Origin: Mustelus asterias
Taxonomy: Eukaryota
DNA length: 64,000 nt
Direction: 5' to 3'
Assembly: GCF_964213995.1 (NCBI RefSeq)
Contig: NC_135822.1
Location: 63,488,001-63,552,000 of the forward strand
Positions 26,560-38,905 of the stretch are shown here, one piece after another. The position numbers and the translations under genes were made by a program. Every line of letters starts with the position of its first letter. Within the stretch, counting starts at the first letter, position 1. Under the pieces are notes generated by a model. It had not been told where the DNA came from. It worked only from the letters and a program-made list of their open reading frames with translations, and made no database searches.

Positions 26560-27125
26560 ACAGACAAAACCATTCATAGAGAAAGAAAGGAGTGCGCAGA
26601 ATGTAGTGTTACAGCCATGGGTAGGGTGTAGAGAAAGATCAACTTAATGCGAGGTAGGTCCATTCAAAAATCAGACGGCAGCAGGGAAAAAGCTGTTCTC
26701 GAGTCGGTTGGTACGTGACCTCAGACTTTTGTATCTTTTTCCCCGACAGAAGGTGGTGGATGAGAGAATGTCGGGGGTGCGTGGCGTCCTTAATTATGCT
26801 GGCGGGGAATGTCGATGGAGTCAGGAGACGGGAGGCTGGTTTGAGTGATGGGCTGGGCTTCGCTTCGTTCACGACCCTTTGCAGTTTCTTGCAGTCTTGG
26901 GCAGAGCAGGAGCCATACCAAGCTGCGATACAACCAGAAAGAATGCTTTCTATGGTGCATCTGTAAAAATTGGTGAGAGTCGGTAGCAAACATGTCAAAT
27001 TTCCTTAGTCTTCTGAGAAAGTAGAGGTGTTGGTGGGCTTTCTTAACGATAGTGTCAGCATGGGGGAACCAGGACAGGTTGGTGATGATCTGGACACCTA
27101 AAAACCCGAAGCTCTAGACCATTTC
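26560..27125 (-). mobile_element. Rex1/Babar non-LTR 3' fragment (matching tail at about 35810-35970, plus strand)
   Basis: LTNFYRCTIESILSGCIAAWYGSCSAQDCKKLQRVV is typical of the Rex1 C-terminus. Confidence 0.85.
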
Positions 27126-28073
27126 TACTTCACAGTGACGGCTGTGTGTACCGTCTCCAAGATGCACGGCAGCAAAGTTCCTTTGACAGCATCTTTCATA
27201 CCCATTACCTCAACCGCCCGGAAGGATAAAGGCAGCAAACGCATGGGATTGCCACCTTCTGCAAATTCCCCTCCACATCTCTCACCAGTCTTGAACTAGA
27301 TTGCTATGCCTTCAGCAATATTGGATCAAAATCCTGGGACAAATTTCCTAACAGCATTATAGATGTACCTACACAACAGGGAGTGCAGCGGTTCAGGGAG
27401 GAGCTCACCATCACTTTCTGAAGGGCAATTAGGGATGGGCAACAAATGCATGTCAGTGATGCAAATCACCCAAGATCAAATAATTTTTTAAAAATGGAGA
27501 CCAACAAGGAATTCCACAGTGTGCTGAACGAGAAAATCAGAATTATTCTCAGAGTTATACCCTCTCGTCCACTTCACAGCAAACTTCAAACAACAGCCAA
27601 AGAGAGATTCAATTCAGCTCATCTGTCCAGCACCTCACCACGATCACTGACACAAACAAAGGCCTATTTGTATACTTCCAAAATGCCAAAAGGCATTGTA
27701 GGCAGAAGAAATTGATGACACATTAATATAAACTTGTCTTGCTGCTCCACTAGGTATACAGAAACAGCCAATACGGGTGATCCACAAAGAGAGGAAGTCA
27801 TTGGCTTGATTTCCAGTTTGAGAAACAGAAATTCATCAGCCCATCCTTGTTAGCAACTGGAACATAGTTAGCCTGTGTCAACACTTCTAATCATTAACAT
27901 ATAACCTCATGGAAAATACACATACATGGAATTCATACCCAGACCAACTGCAGTGCAACCTCTCCTTGTTCTAATGCCCTGTTGACATGCCATGAGTTTG
28001 TGTGTACCATGGACCTCTTGGACCAAATTGCCTGTGTCTGTGTTGTACATTCCACATACGTTAGCAGTCTTAC

Positions 28074-28217
28074 CAAGATGCAGCACCCTGGTTCTAAGCT
28101 CCACATGGAGTTTTCAGTGTTGATTTTATGCGTCAGTTTTCCATCTACAATGACTTGCTCACTCCCACCTTCAAACACAACCACACGTAGATAGTTGCTC
28201 TGTATATCTACAGAAAC
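28074..28217 (-). CDS. NUDCD3: NUDCD3 coding exon 4 (VSVDIQSNYL...GKLTHKINTENSMWSLEPGCCIL)
   Basis: GKLTHKINTE.S.WSLEPG motif. cacag| acceptor, TTG|gtaaga donor, 144 nt. Confidence 0.96.
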
Positions 28218-30875
28218 CTGTGTGCAAACACAAGGAATAAAATCAAATGATTTCATTTTTATACACAAGTTCCATTTCTCAATTGCATTTTACCTTAATC
28301 AAAAAGTTTAGATGGTCCTGAAATACAGTAATGCAATTTCATATTTATCTGAAGTTATCAGAGTTCTGATAATTCCCAGCCTATGCCAGGTTTCCAATCT
28401 ATGACTCGCATTCTTCTCTGGATCAGAGAGCATGAAAGTCAGGCAGTGAAAAAAAGTAAAGTGCTGTTCCTTCAAGCGCATTGGAAGAAAGTCTAATTTT
28501 ATAAAAATTAAAATCAGTCCCTGGCAGCTAGTGACAAAAGAATGTTAAGCAATGAGCAGTTAGGATTTGGAATGCACTACCTGATTGGTAGCTAGAAATA
28601 GGTTAAAGAAAATAGTCTTCAAAAGGGAACTGAATAAATACTTGAAGGAGGAAAAAATTGCAGAAAAATGGACAAAGAATGGACCAAACCGAATTGCTCT
28701 TTGAAAGAGCCAACACAGACACACTGCGGCAAATAGCTCCTTTGGTCCTGCACTGCATGGCCCAGAACGAGCCTTTTGCCCATCCTGTATTGGGACTGGT
28801 GTGTAGCACAAGATTTGGGAGTGAAAAAACACCATTTTGAAAACAAAAGAGAGAGAACTCCCTCTTTTTTCCCCAAAACTTGCCAAGGGATTGTAAATGT
28901 CCATCTGAACTATCAAAACTGAGTCCCACCGTAAAGGCAGTACCTTCAACAATGCATCTTCAGCCATCTTTGAGCATCGAGCATCACTGGCAACATCAGC
29001 ATTTCTGGCACATCTCTTTTGTAATTCTGGTGCCTTCTTGAATGGTTGCAGCACATTTGGTACACGTACACCTTCAGTGCTTTTAGAAAATAACTTCCAA
29101 CTTGTTAACCAACAACAGTGAAGGAGCCATGACACAGTTCTAAATCAGGATGGTATCTGTCTTGGAAGAGAACTTATAGGTGCTACTCCCATGCATCACC
29201 TTACTCTGTCCTCCTTCCCAGGTGGTTCAGATCCCAGGTTTAGAAAGCACTGTTGAAGGGGTCTTGAAATGTTGCTGCAGTGCATTTGGTACATAGTACA
29301 CACTGCTGCCACTGTGCTTTGGTGGGAGATGGGATGCCAATGACATGGGCTGCTTTATCCTTTGTCCTGGAATTTACTGCATTAGTTGCTCAGCACAAGT
29401 GCTATTGGCCCTGTCAGCTTCACCAAAAGCCTTCCCTCCAACACAAGGTCAGAACGGCTGATCATTGCAGTGTTCAGTGCCATTCACAACTTCTCAGACA
29501 CTGAAATGGTTAGTCAGCAACATTCGGACATGGGCTGGTAAGTGCTAAGTAACATTCATATTAAGTCTTTGGTCAATGGTAATTATCAGCATCACCATTC
29601 AGTGGTAATTCTTTTAAAATCCTTTGATGGGATACATGATAAGGACAGAATTTGTTGCATCCCCAATTGCTTGGCCATTTCAGGGAGCAATTAAGAATCA
29701 ACTACACTGTCATTGAATGTCACAGTGAGATGGTTAGATTCTCTCTTACTGGGAATGATTGTTGTCTGGCACTGATGTGGCACAAATGCTACTTTCCACC
29801 AACTTAGCTGTATGGCCTGAGCTGGTATTGCATGAAATTTTGACATACCCAACTTTCTAAAGACCATTACTTAATGAATGAGCAAGACCAAAAATTTAAA
29901 TCATCTGTATTTGTCATGGTTGCTGGAACACATCTTATATTAAATTCACAAATGAGGATCATCTCCTCAAACCAAAAAAATTCTAAAGCATAAGGCTCTT
30001 TCTGGAAGGATTAATCTAGATCACAGTTTAAATACTTGTAAAGCATTCAGCTTCTTGCACCACAACAAATTACAGGCTGTTAGCTAGCCGTTTAACTCCA
30101 TTTAATTCAAATAACTCTCAACGCTGAACCATGAAACTACAAAGGGTCCATCAGAAAGAAATACAATCTAATCCCAATGAACTGGTTTGTCAAAAACCAT
30201 CACGTTTTCAGCAGATGCTGCCTGGACCAGGGTTTCAGCCACTCATCAGATGAAAATGTACACTATCGCTGACAAAACACCCACAGGTAACTACAATTAC
30301 TGAAGTGGAACAGTGCATCTACACTCCCTGTACTCAAGTTCTGGATATGCAAGCAGCAACACCTTGTGACCTTTTTCTTCAATTTACCTCAACCCAATCT
30401 ATTTTTTTTTCAGGTCATTTGGAAACAGTTTTAGATCATTATGACCTTACCAGGTTTTAGATTTCAGCACCTGACCTGTTCCAGTCTGACTTCACCAGCA
30501 CAATTTTCCACCTACTTCATCTGAAGGCATCAATCTCTCCTGAGTTTAGTTTCTCAGGCACTGGTAGATTATCTGCACCCCAACCAGGAGACTATTCTCA
30601 TGTCCGCCCAAAGGCTGATCAAGCGATTTATTCCACCAGAATTGGAACCTGTTTACAACCAACATGTGTGTACACATGCTTCCCAACAGATATTACTGGA
30701 CATTGTTCAGCAGCAAAAAGTATTTTTATGCACCCGAAGTGCTGTCACAGCCAAGTTCAGTGTAGACCAGGAATCAAATCTGGGACCTTCAGCAGGATGG
30801 CTTTGTGGTGTTCTGGACAAAGTCTTGGCCTATTCAGTCATCACAAAGTTTGGCAATGAATTCTGAACTGGTCAC

Positions 30876-31210
30876 ACACGGTAGCACAGTGGTTAGCACT
30901 GCTGCTTCACAGCTCCAGGGATCTGGGTTCGATTCCCGGCTTGGGTCACTGTCTGTGTGGAGTTTGCACATTCCCCTCGTGTCTGCGTGGGTTTCCTCCG
31001 GGTGCTCCGGTTTCCTCCCACAGTCCAAAGATGTGCGGGTTAGGTTGATTGGCCATGCTAAAATTGCCCTTCGTGTCCTGGGATGCGTAGGTTAGAGGGA
31101 TTAGTAGGTAAATATGTAGGGATATGGGGGTAGGGCCTGGGTGGGATTGTGGTCGGTGCAGACTCGATGGGCTGAATGGCCTCTCTGTGCTGTAGGGTTT
31201 CTAAGATTTT
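30876..31210 (+). mobile_element. tRNA-derived SINE, well preserved
   Basis: A box tagcacagtgg, B box ggttcgattcc, full core and tail. Confidence 0.9.
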
Positions 31211-31281
31211 AAGACCTCTTACAGGTTAACTTATTTGAACCAGGTGGAATCTGGTTCAAAATGCGTGAGATTGGCTATTAC

Positions 31282-31405
31282 CTGTCTTCCTTTCACAATC
31301 GCCTTGGACACTGGCACCTTAACTTCCAGGTCAGTGTAATCCTGGGACCAAGTGTAGTTGTCCCTCACAGCCCCATTGTAGCTATCAGAGTTTTCTTCAC
31401 ATTTT
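31282..31405 (-). CDS. NUDCD3: NUDCD3 coding exon 3 (KCEENSDSYNGAVRDNYTWSQDYTDLEVKVPV...KGRQ)
   Basis: Start of the CS/p23 domain (DSYNGAVR.NYTWSQDYTDLEV). tttgcag| acceptor, CAG|gtaata donor, 124 nt. Confidence 0.96.
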
Positions 31406-33285
31406 CTGCAAAACAAACCAACAAACAATTAATCACAGGTAACATGTCATTCCTAAAACTGCAAAAATGTAATAAAACTGCTAGCTGTGACTTTCTCACT
31501 CTCAAGTCAACAAGCATTCATAAAACAGAGATGGCACCATGTGTATGAAGAGGTCTACTGCACGAGTAAGAAAGGTTGATTCCCAAGATTGGGCCAAATT
31601 GGAAATAATTTTGTGATGTGGATACACACCAATCAAATGCTGTGTCAGCACTGCCCAAACACCTTTCACGGATCATCCTGACATCCAGCCAAGGACAGTT
31701 TCAACGCATTAGTTGGGCAGGATTCAAATCAAAGAGATGTGAGAACAGTTTGCTAACTTACTGCAATACTCTAGCAGTGTTGCTAAAAAAAAAGTCATAT
31801 AGCCCACCCTTGTCCCAGTCAAGGGACCTTAACATCTATCAAGAGCTCCAATATAACATGTGCACCAGTGGTGTACCCAGCTTGGGTGGGGGAAGAGGAG
31901 AGCAACGGATACCTTAAACTTAATACCTCTGTGATATAATGTACACTTCTTTACAGGAGTGGGGCTAGGTCTGTCATGAATAAACACAATCTTTCTCAAA
32001 AAACTTAATTTATTTGTATCTTATTGGCTAGAATTTTCATAACCACTCAGAAAACATTACCCTGAATTTAATGATTTATAACAGTTACCATGTACAGTTA
32101 GTAGATGTGATACAATAAAACATTAATGTTATATTGTTTTTTTCTGTTCCAACAGTGCATTGTTTGTTTTTTCACTTTCCAACTAATATTCAGACATTCA
32201 AAACTCTAAGTCATTCAGGGCACTATTATCTAACCCATGCAGAAGAGTTTTATTGTGTTGGGGTTTCATTTTATATCTGTGAAGATAACTGAAACCTTTT
32301 TGTTTGACCTTTAAATAAGAATTCCTTAATTCCCACCACCTCCTCCCATTTCCATTTAAATGCTCCCACTTCCCTCTCCTGAACCCTTGTTGGAAATGAG
32401 GACTCTGGGGATGAGTGGCAAGGCAGCAAGAGATCATTTGAAAAAGATGTGAATTATAATAGCTCGAGCCCGACACTTCTGCACCATCCAGTCCCCTGGG
32501 TTGAGGGACGATAGCAAGATTGTGGTAAACCCTTCCATTATCTGCACCTGCACTTCTTCCAATGACGTGGGATGCAAGCCACCCAGAACAGGCTGTTTAT
32601 CCACTGACATAGTCAGACATTCCAATACTTCATCCTTCTCAATTTTTACTTTGTATTGTCTCTACTATCTGCAACATTTTATCAGATTCCTCTTCCTAAG
32701 TAAATACCCTACAAAGTAGTCATCAGGTATTCTGGCTTTACCCTGTACTTCTAAGAATATAACCCTCTGTATCAGGGCCCACTCAGTCATTTTCAACACC
32801 TCTATTACATCTCTTGTTCACCTTTTGAATTTGAAAACGAAAAATATTAATTCTTTAGTCTCTCATTACTGGTACCAATCCAGGAAATATCCTTCCCATC
32901 AATATACTGCTACTCCTCATTATCAGTTCCAAAATGGATCCAGTTAACCCAATTTTAAAAAGCTACTGTCCTATTCCTTTCAGAGTCACTCAAGCTGCCA
33001 TGTCAGGGACACAGATTCACTCAAGTATAAACGCTGTAAAGGGAGCAGTCAAACACTGAGTCAAACCCTATGACAAGTAATATCTGCAATGCAGCAGAGA
33101 ACCTGCTACATTTGCTTGGCGCAGTGAGGTGGAACCCAACTATAAACAGAGAGAAGCAGAGACAACAACCCTCGGGTCTCCTGAAAAAGACTATACAGTG
33201 ATTAGTCACATCCTCAGAACTACCACACAGGTGGATATTGATTCTCATTCCCTATTTTATATTAAGAACAAACGGATACACATAC

Positions 33286-33605
33286 TTGGAAAGCTCAAGT
33301 TGCTCCTGTTTCACAACTGGTGCAGCAGCAGTGCCCTCTAGCTGTTTATCAGTAGTGGTGGGCTGCTGTAAATCTGCCTGAATCGCTTGCTCATCTTTCT
33401 CTGTGCTCAGTGTGTTCTGTTCAACCGTCACTGCTGCCTCTGCGTCAGGTTGCTCCTCTGCTGCTGACTCAATCTCCACCTCCTGACCAGGAAGTGGGAC
33501 ACACAGCTTGTCTTCTTCCATTTTCCTGTCATTCAGTTTCTTCTCCAGCTCTTTCACCCGTCTCTCATTATCTTGAATGGAATAACGTTCAAACTTCTTG
33601 AAAGC
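33286..33605 (-). CDS. NUDCD3: NUDCD3 coding exon 2 (AFKKFERYSIQDNERRVKELEKK...QLELS)
   Basis: Acceptor ttttcaag|GCT, donor AA|gtatgt, 320 nt. Coiled-coil and acidic linker resembling human VFKTFDHMARQDDEKRRQELEEK..QEIEIDS. Phases fit both neighbours. Confidence 0.92.
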
Positions 33606-34216
33606 CTTGAAAACAAAATGAAAATGAAAACATTGGCTTTCAAGGGTGTAATCACGACACTTTATGTTAGGTAACGATATCACGAGATGATGAGGTGCTC
33701 AGATGAGAGATTAGAACGGAGGTGCAGGTCAGGCACGATCTCACTGCATGGCAAAGCAGACTGGTGGAGCTGAATGACCTACACGTGTTTCTATTTTCTT
33801 GAAACAATGTATGCCCAATTAAAAGGTCAAACGGCTGAAGAATTCTTGGTTGCAACGGGACTGGCTGAAGCCATTGGCAAGAAAGCTGCCCTTTCCCTTG
33901 CAGAAGCCACAACAAAGACTGAAGCAATGAAAACCTTAAATCCAAAACAAAATGAGTTGGGGGTCACAAAATCCAGATCTCTGTAGGTGCCATTTTACAG
34001 GATTGGACTGTTCATCAAGGAAAAAGAAATTTAATTTGCACATCACCTTTGGAAAATATCCGCAGGAGCTGTTGTACAAATCAAATAAAATTTGATATGG
34101 AGACATTAGAAAGGCAAAATTCTGTGGATGCGAGAAATGACAACAATAAATGCTGCAAATACTCAGTAGTTCTGCCAATATCTGTGGAGAGATAAATCGA
34201 GTTAACATTTCAGGTT

Positions 34217-34426
34217 TAAAGTTTATTTATTAGTGTCACAAGCAGGCTTACATTAACATTGCAATGAAGTTACTATAAAAATCCCCTGGTCGCCACACTT
34301 CGGCACCTGTTTGGGGACGCAGAGGGAGAATTTAGCATGGCCAATTCACCTAACCAGCACGTCTTTTGGACTGTGGGAAGAAACCGGAGCACCCGGAGGA
34401 AACCCACGCAGACATGGGGAGAACGT
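34217..34426 (-). mobile_element. SINE with the same core but a different 3' tail (relative at about 2225-2455, plus strand)
   Basis: Core followed by aattctccctc..aacagg..acttcattgcaatgttaatgtaagcc..gtgacactaataaata. Confidence 0.75.
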
Positions 34427-37400
34427 GGCTGACCTTTCATCAGAATTGAGATCAGTATTTCGAGTTGTTTTTTTAAAAAAATGAGAGCTAATGGAAAAGA
34501 TGATTAAAGGTATGTTTTAAAGAGGGTCTTAAAGCGGAGAGGTCGAGAGGCAAAGAGGTTTACGAAGACAATTCTAGATCTTGGAACTTAGGTAGCTGAA
34601 AGCACCAGATGGAGCGATGAAAATCAGGGACATGCAAAAGGTCAGATTCAGAGCAATGCAAGTACCTCAGGGGGATATCGGGATGAAAGAAGTTACAAAG
34701 ATGGGAGGGATGTGGCCTTTCAGGTATTTAAAAACAAGGAAGAGAATGTTTCAAAGTTGATATATTGCCAGACTGGAAGTGGATGGCCATGATTTTGCAT
34801 CCTATTTGCAACAGGCATCAATGGTGACAGGCATGCAAAATATCACAAGAGACACAAAACAAAATTTATGCTTGTGGGATATCCCTTTGCGAACGTCCCT
34901 GCCTCCTACCCTTTCAATAAATTTGCATCTCAATATCAGGACTCTATATCCGGTAATTCCCCCATTATGTAATTGGTTCGCAACGAGAGGTCTCCCCTGG
35001 CATGGATCTGGCAACCAGAAGAACAGTCGAACAGGGAGAGGGGGGCACTTTTGTTGACTTTCAGAGTTTAGAAATAGGCACTCACTAGTACGATTAATTT
35101 GCTGGGACTGCGTTGTCAACAGGAATCCCTTTAAAACAAAGTCTTGCATTTACATAGTTCATGACCAATGGATGTAACGAAGCACTTTGTATTATTTTGT
35201 GATGTCACATTATCTTGGATCCTGTCATCTTGCTGTAGCACTTTATGATTTCATTCATATCCTTTACAAAACACTGATCTCTGATGATTGTTCTTTAACT
35301 CTTTAATCCCCTAAACAATCACCAGTTTTTGTACACTTCAGCAGCTTGGTTAGTTACCCTGCTGAAAACCATTATGTTGAATGCAATTCAAATCAAGCAC
35401 ATCTGACATTAGGATACAAATGTTCCGACACGGAGTTTCAAAGGAGAACACAACCTTGCTAATAACATTGCACTCGCACACAGGTTTCTTCAAACACATA
35501 AGTACACGGTAGATTTGTTGAGAGAGAAGCTAGCGCAGTTTGAAAGTAAAAAGTGACCGTACTCATCTTGATAGGAAATCCAAGACCATTGATTATGGCA
35601 GATTAAATTCACTTCACTAGCTTTCAGGGATGAGAAGCAGGTCAAACTATAAAAAAGTTAAAATTGTGTTTGCTTGGCAGTGTATCCTGGGCAAATAGCA
35701 ATCTGTCAACACAACCTTCTCGATTCAGAGATGGGAAATTCTTGCAAACTCTCAGAGATCCACAAAGCATTTGCAGTCACATTTGTACCGCTGAAAATAC
35801 ATGATTTATATTAAGTTGATCTTTTTCTACACCCTAACTATGACTGTAACGCTACATTCTGCACTCTCTCCTTTCCTTCTCTATGAACTGTATGCTTTGT
35901 ATAAATAGCGCGAAAGAAACAATACTTTTCACTGTACACCAATATATGTGTTAATGATAAAATAAAATCAGAGCAACATTATAACTGAATGAATTGTAAT
36001 TAAACAAATCCCTTCAACATTCTTTACTAAAATAAAGTGTGTTGCTGATGCAGCATGTATTTCAGGTCGAAATTAAGCAACATGGAAAATCAGAAGTCCA
36101 CCCTGGGCTGTTCAAGCACCTCTGGATGTGGGCTAAATCTGTTAGCCTAAGAAAACTTCCCACGTTGCACGAGTATGTCAATTTCATAGACTTCCTATCT
36201 GGCAACACCACCTCAATTTTAAAAATCTTATCCTGGTTTTCAAATACCTCCATGGCCTTATCCCTCCTCTCGTTGTAACTTCTTCTCATCCTAGACCTCT
36301 GTGGTGCTCCTTCCTTAAGTCTCAGGTTGTGTGGAGGCATGTCAGAGTTTGACTGTGTCGAAATTCTGAAGAGTTGAAGCAGTTATCATCTTTGTCAATG
36401 GAATCAACTCTAACATATCCTTTTAATTCACCCGACAGCTATTTGAAAACATTTTGATTCAAATCTCATGAATCTTCACAAAGTATAGCTTTAGGATAAT
36501 AGGTTGCATCAAATAATTGTAATGGTAATTTTGCCACTCTTATCCATTTTAACCATCTCACGTCTCATCCATATCATCCCTCTATTGCCATCCCCATCCC
36601 TTGTGGAAACAATTTCCCCAATCATGGTAAATGTGCTGCGGGACTCCATAAATAACCCCTCCCTCCCAGGGCTGCTTATTGTTTGCAGCTTCATGTACGT
36701 CACCCATTCCAATCTTCAGAATGCTTCATGTGCCTCCGCGTGCATCAGACACCACCCATCAAATCAACCCACCAATGGATATACCTCTTCCAAGTTAAAA
36801 CAGCCCAGACATTTAAAAAAATCAAATTATCATATAATAATAGTAAAAAGATGCAAGACCCTAGCCCCTCGGACTGAATATCTCTGTGAGGAACTCACTG
36901 TTGCAAACGTAAAAGGCGGCTGCATAGAATTATTCTGGAGACTTGTACCTTTGGCCACACTGTTTTCAAGATTAGTTCTGGCCATCGGCCATTTACATTG
37001 TGCGCAGTTTTCAGATCAGCATTTCTCCTGTGCAGTTATTTTTTCTCTGGCCAGTCTTTACAAGGGGCCCTTGACAGCGAAGCTACTAAAATTTTGAACA
37101 ATCAATAGCCAACTCCAATGCTACGCTGTGTGCATTTCTGTGCTCCTCACCTGGGATGCCTGTACATTAAAATATAATTGATTATTTTGATTGTCTACGT
37201 GTTTATGCTGTAATCGTTTAAGAAACGTCTGAAGCACAAATTCCCATAAAGTCTCAGGTGTCCCAGTCCGGGCTGAGCTTGCTGGCCTTGGCAGAGTGAC
37301 ATGTCGGGGTCAATACAATTGTCACCAGCCGATTAGCGGCCAGACAGCAACAATAACTTAGATTCTTTAACACCTCCAACACGGTAAAACATCTCAAGGT

Positions 37401-37789
37401 CCTTCACAAGGGTGATTTCAACCCAATTTGAGCCAAAGATAGGAGAATAGGTAAGGCAGGTTTTAAGCAGAGAGTACAAGGGAAATTAAAAGGAGAGCCA
37501 GCGATATTCAGGTGGGAATTCCAGTGCTTTAGATCTCAAAAGGTGACGGCGGACCAATTAAAATCAGGTAAGTGTAAGAAGCCAGGTTGGAGAAGCACCT
37601 GGACATCAGAGGGTTATGGAGGTGGAGGATGGTAAACAGGGAGGGATGAGTCTGCAAATCCAGGAGTTAACACAGTGAGCACAGTGGTGATAAGTGAATG
37701 GAATTGGATGTGGGGAGATGAGACATTGGTGTGAAGAGGAGAGGGACAGTGAACTGGAGAAGATGGGTGAACAAAGCGGTGTTGTGGCT

Positions 37790-38240
37790 GTTTGCCCGGA
37801 CCCCCTGCACTCACCCTCAGGGCCAGCTTCTCGGCCACCCCAGGCGGGAAGCCCAGCTTGTCCTCCCTCAGCACCATCAGGCGGAAGAAGTCGGTCTTCC
37901 TGTACAGAAACCCGAAGAAAACTTCCAGAAAGTTCTCGATCTTGCCGACATGCTGCAGGATGCCCAGCAGCGCCTGGTCGTACATCTCGGTCCTCTCAGG
38001 GGGCCCGTCCATTTCCAAAGCGGGGACAGTGAACCCACCCCTTCGGCGCCCAGGCCTCTGTCTCGCCGTCAGTCCTCGGACCCGGAGCCGACCGCCGCAC
38101 GGGAACGAGCTTCGCCTCCTTTTCCTTTCTTTAACTTTCTCCCTTTTTTCCCGGCGGCTTTCCCCGAGACACTTCCGCCAGATTCCGTCCACCGCGACAA
38201 AACGTCCCCCCAGTCACTTGGTCCCGGAATAAAGGTTCCT
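37790..38240 (-). promoter_or_regulatory. CpG-island promoter/5' region of NUDCD3 with an ETS/GABP-type GGCGGAAGT motif (38171-38179)
   Basis: Conspicuously GC/CpG-rich non-repeat stretch overlapping exon 1. Motif seen directly; function inferred. Confidence 0.7.
37815..38012 (-). CDS. NUDCD3: NudC domain-containing protein 3, coding exon 1 (MDGPPERTEMYDQALLGILQHVG...GFPPGVAEKLALR)
   Basis: Matches the NUDCD3 N-terminus (YDQALLGILQHVG..FLYRKTDF..GFPPG). ATG at 38012, donor AGG|GTGAGT at 37815/37814, 198 nt, phase 0. Confidence 0.96.
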
Positions 38241-38529
38241 AGACAACAGCCAGGAGAGAAGCACCCCAGCTTCTGCTGATTGAAATCTTGCAACATTTCA
38301 AATTTGCATTTTCATTGCAAACATTTCAATGAAAGTGACAGCTCGTTTGGTTTACCCGTTCGATTTGTTTCAGTGTCACAAACTGAATGATTCAGTAGCC
38401 TACATTTTAAAATTAAAGGCTCTTGACAATTAAAATCTTGAAAGTCTGCAAGATCAAGAACACTGGCCCACTTATTCTCTTCACTCGCAACAGAAGCTAT
38501 CTTCAGTGCCAATAAGACCTCAAAATGGA

Positions 38530-38725
38530 GCACAGGTAGTAGTAGAGGCGGGTACAATTTTGTCTTTTAAAAAGCATTTAGACAGTTACATGGGTATGAT
38601 GGGTATAGAGAGTTATGGACCAAATGCGGGCAATTGGGATTAGCTTAGGGGTTTAAAAAAATGGGCGGCATGGACAAGTTGGGCCGAAGGGCCTGTTTCC
38701 ATGCTGTAAATCTCTATGACTCTCG
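38530..38725 (+). mobile_element. CR1 3' tail (close relative at about 61800-61940)
   Basis: gggtatagag..gggcaattggga..gggccgaagggcctgtttccatgctgtaaa.ctctatgactct present at both sites. Confidence 0.7.
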
Positions 38726-38788
38726 GTGACATTGATTTGTTGGCAATTCAAAACAACTAATATCTGCAGAGCAAGGTTCCACAAACAG

Positions 38789-38905
38789 GCCGATGGCCAC
38801 ATTCCTCTGAAAACGCCCAATCTTGTCTGATCTCAGAAGCTAAGCAGACTCAGGCCTGGTTAATACTTGGATGGGAGACTGCCTGAGAATATCAGGTGCA
38901 ATAGG
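38789..38905 (+). pseudogene. Near full-length diverged 5S rRNA copy (pseudogene or SINE3-type head)
   Basis: Aligns by eye end to end with vertebrate 5S rRNA (...TCTGATCTCaGAAGCTAAGCAG..GGCCTGGTTAaTACTTGGATGGGAGAC..). Many substitutions, isolated, no oligo-T terminator. Confidence 0.85.

Noticed and set aside
28560-29135. 191-aa minus-strand ORF
   Set aside because: Spans decayed LINE tails and has no protein-like signature.
30876-30960. tRNA gene
   Set aside because: The A/B boxes run straight into the multicopy SINE core; no full cloverleaf or terminator.
36504-37097. 197-aa plus-strand ORF in NUDCD3 intron 1
   Set aside because: TTG start, no recognisable motif, antisense to the host gene; likely chance.
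38013-38192. 60-codon basic in-frame N-terminal extension of NUDCD3 in the ORF track
   Set aside because: It starts at GTG upstream of the ETS motif and probably of the TSS. Stop-free runs are common in GC/purine-rich promoters, and homology begins at the ATG at 38012.
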